Positions 20,904 through 31,187 of a stretch of 34,831 bases of DNA are shown piece after piece. The stretch is from Mesotaenium endlicherianum (lineage: Eukaryota). The position numbers were made by a program, and so were the translations under genes. Within the stretch, counting starts at the first letter, position 1. Each line of letters opens with the position of its first letter. The stretch spans positions 1 to 34,831 of the forward strand of contig WELA01002449.1 of the NCBI GenBank assembly GCA_009602735.1. Direction: 5' to 3'. The notes beneath the pieces are model-generated. The model did no database searches. It worked only from the letters and a program-made list of their open reading frames with translations, and was not told the DNA's origin.

Positions 20904-22580
20904 ATGGCGCCCACCACACAAAAGGAGGACAGAAAGCGCAAGGCAGAAGAAGCCAGGAGGACAATGGAGCAATACCAGAAGGAGCTGGCGGCGACGTCCC
21001 TCACCAGGAGAGAACAAGAAAGGGTCCGCAAACAACAAGAGGCGGCAGAAGAGGCACAGAGGAAGAAGGATCAGGAAGCGGAAAACCTCAGGAAGGCTGA
21101 GGAGGAGAGACAGAAGAAACAGCAAGAAGAAGCGGCAGCGGCAGAAGAGGAGAAAAGAAAAAAGATTGAAGCGGACAGACAGAAGAGCTTGGCCACTTAC
21201 AGGTATACTGTGGTGGGTGGCCAAAACTTCGATAACCTGAAGGAAGCATTGCTGGCAGCCCAGGAGATCAACAGGCTGGAACAGACAACACTGCTACAGA
21301 AGGAAGGAGCTACAGCACTGGACAGGTACATCGAGACACACACCGGCGTGGTCCTTTACGAAGATTATGCTAAGATGGTGGGCTATACAGCAGAGCAGGC
21401 CCGGTATCTCGCAGATGATTCAGAGGACAAGCCGGTCCCCATACCGGGAATAGTGGGAGATCAGAGACTCATCCGGATGGTGAGCATGCGGCCCGATAGC
21501 TTTAAGGATACGGTATTCTACCTCACACTCCTGCCAGCTTACAATGAAGTTGAGAGAAGGAGCTGGGAGTACTTGGCCAGGGAAGCAGGACAGCAGATGT
21601 TCTCTCCCCACTGGTTCCCGTGTAAACTGAGGAAGGCTGAGCACGGACCCCAGTACTACCAGCAGCCAACAGACTGGAGGTGGATGACCGTCACAAATAA
21701 GAAGCAGGAGTGTGACCGAGCCCAACCGGATGACTTCCACTATGGCCTAGACGGCTATCTCATCCTACCACCTCACATTGCCCCTTGGGACCCCAGGCTG
21801 AATGGATGCCTGAGCAATATGAATGCAGAGACCAAGGAACATAGGAGGAGGGGAAGAGACTACTTCTCTAAGGGAAAGCATGCCTTTGTCAAATGGGCAA
21901 AGAATGCAGGCCGGATAGATATCAGTAGGCTGAAGGCCAAGCAACCTCCAGCGCGCCCTAAGAAAGGGAGGTCGGTAGACTACTCCATGTCTACTAGGGA
22001 GCAGGACGACTTAGTGGACGAGACCCCTACTCTCTCCGAGGAGGAGGATGAGGAGGATGAGGAAGAAGAACAAGGCAGAGGAGAAGCATCAGCAGCAGGT
22101 ACTCAGGATACCCAGGGACAGGCAGTGGCACTTCCTAAAGAACCACGATCAGGTGTGTGGAATGTGATCCCCGTTATGGCGACAACTGGACCCCGCGCTC
22201 GCTCCCCCAGCCCACCTGCCCAAGCAGGGGAAGAAGCTGATCTGACTGTACTGGGCAGCAGACACAGACAGAAATCCCCAGAGGACAGGGGTGCCAGAAG
22301 AGGGACACGCGGGTGGGCCAGAGGTATGCCAGCCTCCCCCTCCGCTCAGGGGCATGTACCTCTAGCCAATGTATTTCAGCATCCTACTGGAATGCCTGTC
22401 TATGTGGGAATCAACACCCAAATAGTTGAAGAGCAGGCCACCATCCTCCGTTCTCCTCGAGGGCCAACTTTAGAGCAAACAGGGTTCTTTAGAAGGCCAG
22501 CTGACAGACCTAGAGGGCTGTCCAGATCTAGGTCCAGATCTCCGTCCCCTGATCCTGAAGCCCCAGGAACCACCCCTTAA
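20904..22580 (+). CDS. ORF3 type alpha, 558-aa accessory protein of unknown function
   Basis: Long uninterrupted ORF between pol and the 3' LTR, with protein-level conservation to the diverged ORF3 beta. Start placed at ATG 20904 by equivalence to ATG 8163. Confidence 0.9.
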   Translation: MAPTTQKEDRKRKAEEARRTMEQYQKELAATSLTRREQERVRKQQEAAEEAQRKKDQEAENLRKAEEERQKKQQEEAAAAEEEKRKKIEADRQKSLATYRYTVVGGQNFDNLKEALLAAQEINRLEQTTLLQKEGATALDRYIETHTGVVLYEDYAKMVGYTAEQARYLADDSEDKPVPIPGIVGDQRLIRMVSMRPDSFKDTVFYLTLLPAYNEVERRSWEYLAREAGQQMFSPHWFPCKLRKAEHGPQYYQQPTDWRWMTVTNKKQECDRAQPDDFHYGLDGYLILPPHIAPWDPRLNGCLSNMNAETKEHRRRGRDYFSKGKHAFVKWAKNAGRIDISRLKAKQPPARPKKGRSVDYSMSTREQDDLVDETPTLSEEEDEEDEEEEQGRGEASAAGTQDTQGQAVALPKEPRSGVWNVIPVMATTGPRARSPSPPAQAGEEADLTVLGSRHRQKSPEDRGARRGTRGWARGMPASPSAQGHVPLANVFQHPTGMPVYVGINTQIVEEQATILRSPRGPTLEQTGFFRRPADRPRGLSRSRSRSPSPDPEAPGTTP

Positions 22581-22657
22581 GGTGACAGGCTGAAAAGATA
22601 GTCAGTAAGGGAGGCTGGTCAGGGTCAGTTTCTTTATTTAAAGCTTTTGCAGTTTAA

Positions 22658-22692
22658 TGTTGTCGAGGCGACAACAAGTTAAGTTGGAGGGA
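22658..22692 (+). other. Pre-PPT hairpin and polypurine tract of A3
   Basis: TGTTGTCG-AGG-CGACAACA, then AAGTTGGAGGGA next to the LTR. The hairpin is identical in A1 (3747-3765) and A2 (9911-9929). Confidence 0.85.
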
Positions 22693-22693
22693 T

Positions 22694-23413
22694 TGTAATG
22701 AATCAGTATATTAGTGGATATAATATTCATTTAAATATAATAGTTAATTAAGTTCAGCCTGCTGAACTTTAGTTAATAATCAGTCTGCTGGACTTTACAT
22801 AATTATCAGTTTAATGACTCGGCCAAAAGCAGCAGGCTGAAGTCAACTTAAGTCAGCTTGCTGACACATTCTTTGACAGCCAGCTGACTTCCGTACTCGG
22901 TAGCAGCGAACTGCCTTGATATGCATCTAAGTGCGATATGCTAGATGAATAGCCAGATGACATCCCTATGATGGATGGCTATTCGGGATGATGGGAGATG
23001 GCGGTGGATTTGGTTAACCGAGGTCCTACCAACGTGGTTAACTCCCGGGTAGGCGGTGCCATCGCACTGACCGTTGAACAGTAAACTCATTCCATGTACA
23101 TACGCTAGGCATTGCTCTCGAGTTCGGCATTCGAAAACGAGGCCAACTCTCTTGTACAGCTTACTGAGAGAGATCTGAATCCAAGGCGAGAAGCCATTGA
23201 TACGCACTGTCTTCTAACCTTGCTTATGTATGAGTTTACTGATTTGCATTATTGATGCTAGTTTACTCTCATTTGACTGACGAGTTTTATTCCCTGCTAG
23301 TGTATTGTCCTTTGCCGTTTAACTAGTTAACGGAAATACCATAAAAGATTACTTGCTGATATAAAGATCTTTATTAATTGTTAATCGCCTATTTGGTAAG
23401 ACGATTCATTTCA
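22694..23413 (+). repeat. 3' LTR of A3 (720 bp)
   Basis: Direct repeat of 14593-15338, followed by TSD TACTC. Confidence 0.96.
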
Positions 23414-23684
23414 TACTCTCTCAGCTCTCAACGACATTCTAGAAATTAAAATGCTCTCAAATTTGGTGACCCGGTATAGATCTTCGACGCGCTCCGTTTG
23501 GCAATAGAATTTTCCAATTTAGAGCGGGTTTGTAGACGCCATGAATTTTTGAATTTGTGGCAGATTCTGGGCCAACTTGTACAATTTTGTTTATCATCAA
23601 GGAGTAGGCTAGCCAATAAGGTCACACCACCCACGACCTTGCCTAGTCTACCTTACATGTGTAGCACTTGACTTGAACCTGTTG

Positions 23685-24187
23685 TGTAGTGAAACAGATA
23701 GATAAAGTACTTAGTAAAATATAATACTTAATCTATTCAAGACAAGGATCTTTGAACACAAGTGGTAGCTTCTTGAAAAAAAGATTGCTTCTTGAAATTT
23801 AATATATTTCTGGAAGTTGGCAAGTACAAGAGTGATTCTAGAACGTTTTTCCATGTTCTAGCTCTTGTTTGTATACTTGCTACATAAGTAATTACTAGGA
23901 AGGTGCATGTTGATGTGTTGGCATCCAACACACCCCAGAACTTGCCACCTCTTTCTAGAATAATGTACACCTGTCCTTTTGACCTAAAAATTGCACATTT
24001 GACTTTTGCCACATGGAGTTCTTTTAGGTCCTTCCTTTAACGTTGAAAATGCCTTAGAATGTTCAAAGGACACGAACCAAGTCACTAGAGTATCTATTCA
24101 CACTTGACTCCACACAATATTACTCCAAATATATTCAAAAATATTAAGATATATGCATACTAATATATTATAACTCAAATCACTACA
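23685..24187 (-). mobile_element. Family-C solo LTR (503 bp)
   Basis: TGTAGTG...CACTACA, flanked by TSD TGTTG (23680-23684 / 24188-24192), same orientation as 7445-7946. Confidence 0.93.
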
Positions 24188-24263
24188 TGTTGACTAGTCT
24201 GCTCCACATGTGTAAGACCTGACTTCACGCGCCGAGACGTCGCTTTTTTTGTCGGGGGAGTGA

Positions 24264-24764
24264 TGTAGTAATTTGAGTTTTATTATATTAGTTTGCATAT
24301 ATTTAATGCTTTTGAATATACTCAAAGTAGTATTGTATGGATTCAAGTGTGAATAGATACTCTAGTAACTTGGTTCATGTCCTTTGAACCTTCTATGGCA
24401 TTTTCGAAGTTAGAGGAAGGACCTAGAAGAACTCCATGTGGCAAAAGTCAAATGTGCCATTTTTAGGTCAAAAGGATATGTGTAAATTATTCTAGAAAGA
24501 CGTGGCAAGTTTTGGGATGTGTTGGGTGCCAACACATCAACATGCACCTTCCTAGAAATTACTTATACAGCAAGTGCATAAACAAGAGCTAGAACGTAGA
24601 AAGGCATTCCAGAATCACTCTTGTACGTGCCAAATTCCAGAAATATATCAACTTTCCAGAAGTCATTTATCTTTCAAGAAGCTACCACTTTTGTTCAAAG
24701 ATCCTAGTCTTGAATAAATGAAGTATTTTACTTATTAAGGTCTTTATCTATCTGTTTCACTACA
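24264..24764 (+). repeat. Family-C 3' LTR of C2 (501 bp)
   Basis: Reverse-complement homolog of 7445-7946, preceded by PPT GGGGGAGTGA, ends CACTACA. Confidence 0.92.
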
Positions 24765-25125
24765 CCTTCTGCTTCAAGTACATAATCTCTCTCCTAGCTC
24801 CTCTGAAGTCTTTCTTCATGCCCATGAACTGTTGAGCAACCTGAATCTCCCTATCGGCTATTTTCCTCTTCAGGCTTCTGTTTTCTTCTGTATATTTTAG
24901 CATTTTAGACTTGTATCTTTTTACTTTACTCTCTAGCCTCTTTGAAGTATCTACAGGTGCTTTCTTAACACCCGTATTCTTCCTCTTTAAAAATTTGCCA
25001 CTTGTTCCTCTAGGCATGTTTGTGTTAGTCTTGGTAATGTCACTCTATTGGGTTGATCATGATTCTTTTTTGGTTCTTTGGATGGGTGCAGGTTCATCCT
25101 GGGACACAGACCTTACAAGATCCAT
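24765..25125 (-). pseudogene. Truncated Lys-rich, coiled-coil-like ORF cut by the C2 LTR (unknown origin, possibly TE)
   Basis: MDLVRSVSQDE... runs in one frame through two stops (TGA, TAG) into MPRGTSGK...REIMYLKQK and ends exactly at the LTR boundary. Confidence 0.45.
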
Positions 25126-25559
25126 AATGAATAAGAACTTCTGTATGAATGTGTACAGAGTTATAGGCGGATTGGTAGGTAGGTAGGTGGTAAAATGTTG
25201 ATTCAGCAGATTTTTGGCATTTTTTGTTTTTTGTTTTTTTGTTTTTGTTTTTTTTTGCATTTTTTGAGCATGTAGAGTTCACTTGTGCCTACACACCAAA
25301 AATGTGGCATTGATTGAAATTCACATGTAGCAGAACTTATGAGGGTGAGAAAAATAAAATGGTAGTGTTTTTACGTGTATTTTTCATTAAACTTTAGAAT
25401 ACTCTTAAAGTCTGAAAACACCTTCAAATTTCAAACTTGAAACTGTTATGCAATTCTCTTACATAGAAGAACAGTCATGCAAAGTTATAGCATCAAACAA
25501 TGCGAGGTTATTAACATATGCCACTGAACACATGCATTAAAAAGAGTCACCTTTCAAGA

Positions 25560-26290
25560 AGTAGACTTATCGCCTACTTTTGCATATATAGCTCATGGGC
25601 CCTATCTTGGGCTGTGGTGCTTAGAATGGGCTGTAAGTTGACCAGTAGTACTATGGGGGGGTGCAAAATCTAGTAGGATCATTTTCAGATCCGTACTCCA
25701 AGTATTTTTGCATTGTACGAATTGGGTATGCTTCACATGTGCGAGAAATTCCACATGTCACATTTTGGAGGCTCACACAGCCTGGTGTAGGTTGATGCAA
25801 AATGATTGTTTTTTAAATTTCATGGCTACCTAGTTGGGTCCGTAATGCCTCTTCAAAATTTGGGGGGAATCAAGAAAGTGGAGTACAAGTTATGGCCATC
25901 CGTATGAAGTGATAAAAAATGCAACATGTAACATTTTTCCAATTATTGCTTACTTGTGCAAATTTTTGATTTGTGTGCATATCTTGGGTCTCAATGAATA
26001 AAATGACCCAAAACTTCACCAATAGCTCTATGAGGGCATGAAAAATTCAGTGAAACAATTTGCAAATCCGTACTACAAATATACTGCATTTAACGGACTG
26101 CCACTCTTCACATGTGTAAAAAGCGCCACATGGCACACTTTGGAGGCCCATCACTTGAAGGGATTATATGAATTTTTAGTTGTTTCTAACTTTTGGCTAC
26201 CTATGAGGGTTCTTGGTAGCCTCTTAAAAAATGGAGTCAATTAGGAAATTTGTGGATAACTGATGGTCATTTGTATAAAGCAGCAAGAAT
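25560..26290. repeat. Degenerate ~375-bp direct repeat (2 units)
   Basis: TCCGTACT (25690/26067), CTTCACATGTG...CCACATG.CACA.TTTGGAGGC (25731/26106) and TGGCTACCTA (25823/26194) recur at ~371-377 bp offset. Boundaries are approximate. Confidence 0.6.
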
Positions 26291-26793
26291 GAGACAAAGT
26301 GAGAGTTTCCACTATTGTCGACAAATTCTTCACTTTCACTAAAAGTGCAATGACTTATGGAGATTATTTCAGCTGTGTCTGAAACTTTAGGGAGGTCTAC
26401 ATATATGGGTTGTCTATTAGATTCTCAACTTTCAGACCATTCCGACAAAATCGTCGCAAATAGCGCTAAAAAGCACCAAAGTGTCCAAAAAATGGGCATT
26501 TGGGATGCGTGTGTTGTCGGGTCAAGTGACTGTCATGTCAATCTTGCGTCAAAGATACATATAAAAAATCTAGAGTGCTACCAATTTGAACGTACCCAAT
26601 TAATCGTGAATTTTTTCTCAACGCTCTCAATGTTGTAAGGACTAAATTGGTTTTACCAAAATCAAATCTTGTCAGTGAACTCCAGAAAAATTGAATTCGA
26701 AAGTGTTGTGTCTTCAATCTCCCTCGCTTAGAGCTGTCTAAAGTATTGTATGCGTATATTTTCTAAATTTATCATCCGAAACTTCATGATAAG

Positions 26794-27152
26794 CCTAGTT
26801 ATGGGATACTCGCGTATTGGTCCGTGAGCGATGTATTACTCCACGTATTTCGACGTATTTTCAAAATACATTTAATACGCGTCCCCATGAGGTAAAACTG
26901 AATCTTTGGCGATTTGAAGATGTAACAATGGATTTTTAATTTTCACCACCTTCACGTCATAGCAAATTGTGTCCTCTACCATTTGCGACCCAGCGCGCTC
27001 GAAATTTGTAAGCAAACTGAAAGTTATAAGCCTTGCCAATTTTTCCGAGAATCTTGGAAAAACGTATTACACACGTATTTCCATTTTTTACACGTGTTTT
27101 CGAAACATGTATTCGTTTTACGTATTCTCTAAAAACGTATTCCATAACAAGG
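26794..27152. mobile_element. Non-autonomous hAT-type MITE (359 bp)
   Basis: Perfect 8-bp TSD ATGATAAG (26786-26793 / 27153-27160); TIRs CCTAGTTATGGGATAC / GTATTCCATAACAAGG (14/16 match); about eight internal CGTATT motifs. Confidence 0.88.
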
Positions 27153-27569
27153 ATGATAAGTGTTTTTTGAGATGGTGGAAAAAGACACAATCGTAGTCGA
27201 TGTCACTGTTGCTATTATCATTCTTTTGGTAGCAATTTATCTTATATGGTACTTCATGCAATGCAACACCAAAGGTCCAATCATAGACGTGATTTATAGC
27301 ATGTTTAACAGTGAGACAATCGCAAAAAACTTCTCGGCGTGGCTTGACTTGGCAATTGCTGAGATAGCTGCTTCGTCAGCTCTGCCTGACTTGGCAACTG
27401 CTGGCGTGGATAGTTTACAGGCCTGTTGGATCAACTTTGCAGCTAATCTGGCTGTTACAACCCCACCGATTGCTGAATGTCAGGTTTGACTTGTCGCAGT
27501 CACTCTTACGTGTGACTTAACTTGAACTTTCAACACTAACTTGCATACATCAACAATTTGGTCAGTGAG

Positions 27570-27985
27570 TCAACGTTGACCTTCCGTACTTGAGGCAACC
27601 GATGACTGCGCCACACGTGCTGCGCGTCCAACTGATAACAGTCGCGACACGATGTCGTGCTCAAGGTACGGCACGATTCGTGTGGCGAACTTGCATTTGC
27701 CGGGGTGACATTTGAGTCCGACGGCCTGGAAGCTTTGGAACAGGACGTCAAGATGAAGGAGATGGTCAGGAAGGTTATTGCTTAAGACGAGGACGTCATC
27801 AATGTAACAGCGAGCAAAGTCTAGGTTTGCTAGGTTGCGATCCATGACCTGCTGGAATTGTGCGGGATTTGGCCAAAGGGCATGACCTTCCATTGATGGA
27901 GTCGGTCCGCACCCGAGGAAAGCCGTCTTATGCTTATCTTGCACGCGGATCTTAATCTGGTTAAATCCTTGATGTAGGTCTAGCG
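27570..27985 (-). pseudogene. Old Ty3/gypsy reverse-transcriptase relic
   Basis: QGFNQIKIRVQDKHKTAF, FQQVMD, CYIDDVLVLS, GLKCHPGKCKF; frameshifted; no LTR found. Confidence 0.8.
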
Positions 27986-28702
27986 CTTACTTTACATGTA
28001 AGCAGGGTTTGTCGGTGGGTCAACAGTTGATTGTCCGTACCCGATTGAGTCGTGACTTCTGTCACGCGTGCCAAACCACCCAATGAGCTGTCAGGCGCGA
28101 CACACAAATGAAGGCGAGTGACCACAAGTGGATGCTTATACCAGTTTCGATCTCCTTTTGACACCCGTCTAGTGCTGCTGAACCGCGCTCGGATCAACTC
28201 GAAGGTCTCTAGTCCCTATTGGTCTGTAGGCATCTCTATATGCGACATGCTGTGCGACTACAGATGCTACGACGCTCAACAGCGTTGGACAGCATGCTCT
28301 AGGTGGCTCTAGGAGAAAATGCGCGACCATTGTTCGACGTGATTCAACAGGAGTGTGGAGTGGTTTGCCAAAAAAAAAATCGGGTTAACTGCGGGAAACA
28401 GGTAAAGTCACAGGTCGTAACTCGACGCACCTCGGCGTCACTAGTCGTTACGGTTCTCACTCCCCCCTCGAGCACATATGGCCTCCTCACGGCCATCGAA
28501 TCTGGACATGAGCGACGTGCATCGACTGTCGTCGAACATTGAGTTGGTCATCTATCCTTGCTGAAGGCAATTCGTCTGCATGGGCTGAATTAGAAACAGT
28601 CGAACATTATTTACACTTCATTGCGACTCTCTTCAACAAGAAGAGTCCGTGCAACCATAATAATATAAAATTATTGCAGCTGGGATTGGGATAGTTGTGA
28701 AA

Positions 28703-29041
28703 ATGGCTCAGGCTGTCCTCGCTACGAATGCTGTGTCTCAAGGATTTATTGCCACCATTCATGCTGCTCAGTCCGTAGCATGCACAGCTAATCTTCCTTA
28801 TCTACCAGCCCTCCAAACTCGTTTCAGGACGGGAGGCAAGCTCAAACTGGTAGCACATAGATCTGTGACCGTTTCACGAAACGCCAGGTCGGCACGTATG
28901 TCCTCTGAACTAGTTGACTTCAACCAGCCGAAGGCAATTGAGAAGGATAATGTGCCAGCTGCCACTTCAGAGTGGTTGTCAGCGGAAGATGCCCTCCTCT
29001 CCTTCGCTGCAGCTCTGACTCCGTTTCTTCTTGATGTTGAG
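28703..29041 (+). CDS. DUF4079-family plastid membrane protein, exon 1 (transit-peptide-like)
   Basis: ATG GCT start, Ala/Ser/Arg-rich N-terminus, ends LTPFLLDVE|GTGAGC donor, phase 0. Confidence 0.75.
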
Positions 29042-30007
29042 GTGAGCACACTGAGCAGAAATGTGATGTTTAGATCATAAGTCTAGGCATATCCAGAAGA
29101 AACGAGCTAGTTCCTACTTGAACAAAGATATTGCAGGTTTCATCTGCATCTTGTTGGGGAAGATGCATCTGCTGATAACTAACAGTACTGTAAAGGAAGA
29201 AGACGCTATCACAGATTCACTGGACTAGCTCAAGCAACATCGACTGTAATGTGGAACTATTGCATGGATGCATGTGATCTCATTGTTGATGTGCTACCAG
29301 CCTGAGCCACATTATTTTTAGTGAGTCACGATTATTGCATTGGCTTAAGCACTGCGTGCCACTTTGAAATATTATCTCATTGTGCTCCTTTCTCATGAGG
29401 ATCCGCCCTATTATATATACACTGGGGGTGATGCATTGCCGTTCAACAGCCCAAATATAGAAACTTGGCCTTGGTCCTGTAAAGCAACAGCATAAATCAT
29501 GTTGCTTTGGACGCCCTGAGATTCGTGGAGTGCTCTTTAGCCGTGCATCTTTGGGCGGACCGTCAAAATTTGTGCACATTATGAAGGATGTAATGGCACA
29601 CCTTGAGGAGTTGCACCTGCAGGAAAAAAAGCATGACATTATCTGAATTCAGAGTACAGGGCATGCTATTTCACATTGAGCTGCCAAATGGCATCCAGCC
29701 CGATTCCAGCCATCTGCATTTTTGAACATTTAAGGAATCTGCTGGGATGCAGGACGCTGCAAGAGAGGGCAAGAATTGTTGGCGAGAATTGTTGGGATGC
29801 TTACCTTTCCTGTGACAGCTTCTATGAGATTGAAGGATTCAGGCAACAGCGGGGTGTAATTATTTGCTTTGTGCAAGAAAATAGTAGAGATAGGGGCAGA
29901 GCCTGAGCACCTGTGACAAAAGCCTGATGACTGCACACGATCTGGCAAAACTGCGCTGCTCATTTGCTTCAACCTGACTGGCTGATTGACTAACTGGCTA
30001 GCTGAAT

Positions 30008-30072
30008 GACTGACTGACTGACTGGAAGCCTCATGCCTGTGTGTGATTGATGTGTGTGTGTGTGTGTGTGTG
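30008..30072. repeat. Intronic microsatellites (GACT)n and (TG)n
   Basis: GACT x4 at 30008-30023 and a TG run at 30051-30072, just upstream of the exon-2 acceptor. Confidence 0.85.
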
Positions 30073-30086
30073 TTTTCACATGGCAG

Positions 30087-30329
30087 TCTGCACATGCTGT
30101 AGGGGGAGAGCTGGGACTGCTGGAGGGCAAGAGCGTGGCCCTCATCCACCCCGCTGCCATGCTCACGCTGGCAGCTGTGAGCGGCTACACGGCCTACCTG
30201 GGCTTCCGGTGGAGGCGCACGAGGACCATCCCCGATGAGATCAACGCACTGAAGAAGCAGCTGCCTGCTGTCGCGACCGAGGGTGCCCCGCCCAGTGAGA
30301 CCGAGCTGGCCATCAAGGCGCTCACCGAG
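30087..30329 (+). CDS. DUF4079-family protein, exon 2
   Basis: GGCAG acceptor; SAHAVGGELGLLEGKSVALIHP...YLGFRWRRTRTI; GAG|GTGGGC donor. Confidence 0.9.
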
Positions 30330-31027
30330 GTGGGCTGAGTGCACACACTCATCAATCTCCCCAGCCTCTACCTTGGGGAAGAAGGGGAGGTCAGAGGCCA
30401 GAGGTTTCAGTTCACAAATAGGCAAAATCTCAGAAAGGGAACATGTCTTGAAGGCTGTTCGGGAGGCACGGTTGGGAACTATCTGCATGAGCCACATTGC
30501 AGGAATTCTACCAATTTTGGAGCTTGTCTAGCTTTGCATACAGCTTATGTATGCACCTCGTTCATTGGGCTGCCCCTTTCACAGGCACACACAAACACAC
30601 ACACATACGCAAACCACACACCTTTTCCTGCCAGCCTGCCTGTATCATCTCCAGCCGACCAGAACCTGTAGCTCTAGGGCTGTCCGACGTTCTAGGGAAG
30701 AATCAGGGTCACTCCAGGAGCTGTGTTTGGGGGGGGGGGGAGGGGGGAGGCATGTCAAGCTCACCTTGTGTACTCCTGCCAGAAGTTATTTCATACTAAG
30801 CACTTATTCTACCCTGCAACTCCATAATTTTGCTTCGCATCTTCCAAGAAGTTTCCATGGAGGGAAGGCAGTGGAACCCCCTTGACCACTGGCAACTTTT
30901 CCCTCCCTATCTCTCCCTCTCTCTCTACATGAGCGTGTGCGTGCCTCACCGTGTGGGGGCCCTCTTCAAATCTCTCTCTCTCTCCCCACTCCTGCACTCT
31001 CCCGCCAACTGCGATATGACATGACAG

Positions 31028-31187
31028 GAGCGCAAGGACCTCGTGAAGCAGGGCTTCAGGGATCGCCACTTCAACATCGGCTCGGTGCTGCTTGGCTCCG
31101 GGGTCGTCTTCTCCATTGCCGGCGCCCTCAACACCTTCTGGCGCACTGGCAAGCTCTTCCCTGGCCCACACCTGTGGGCCGGAGCAG
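31028..31187 (+). CDS. DUF4079-family protein, exon 3
   Basis: GACAG acceptor; ERKDLVKQGFRDRHFNIGS...NTFWRTGKLFPGPHLWAGA; CAG|GTACCC donor, phase 1. Confidence 0.92.

Larger units (their letters stand above)
14593..23413 (+). mobile_element. Full-length, apparently intact family-A chromovirus A3 (8821 bp) with a third ORF
   Basis: Paired LTRs, 5-bp TSD TACTC (14588-14592 / 23414-23418), PBS, PPT, uninterrupted gag, pol and ORF3. Confidence 0.97.
12591..24764 (+). mobile_element. Family-C chromovirus C2, 3' half (integrase-chromodomain, 3' UTR, PPT, 3' LTR), carrying nested A3 and a solo LTR
   Basis: Integrase 12591-14206. The UTR becomes continuous once the TACTC-flanked (14593-23413) and TGTTG-flanked (23685-24187) insertions are removed. 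PPT GGGGGAGTGA 24254-24263, LTR 24264-24764. Confidence 0.82.

Noticed and set aside
20904..22580. ORF3 as an envelope gene
   Set aside because: No signal peptide or transmembrane helix visible; the protein is highly charged throughout.
27160..27489. 109-aa ORF with a hydrophobic stretch
   Set aside because: Non-ATG start next to a MITE and no recognisable family; insufficient support.
28118..28312. RT-like words (GCLYQF, LCDYR) on the plus strand
   Set aside because: Wrong order for RT and too short; probably chance.
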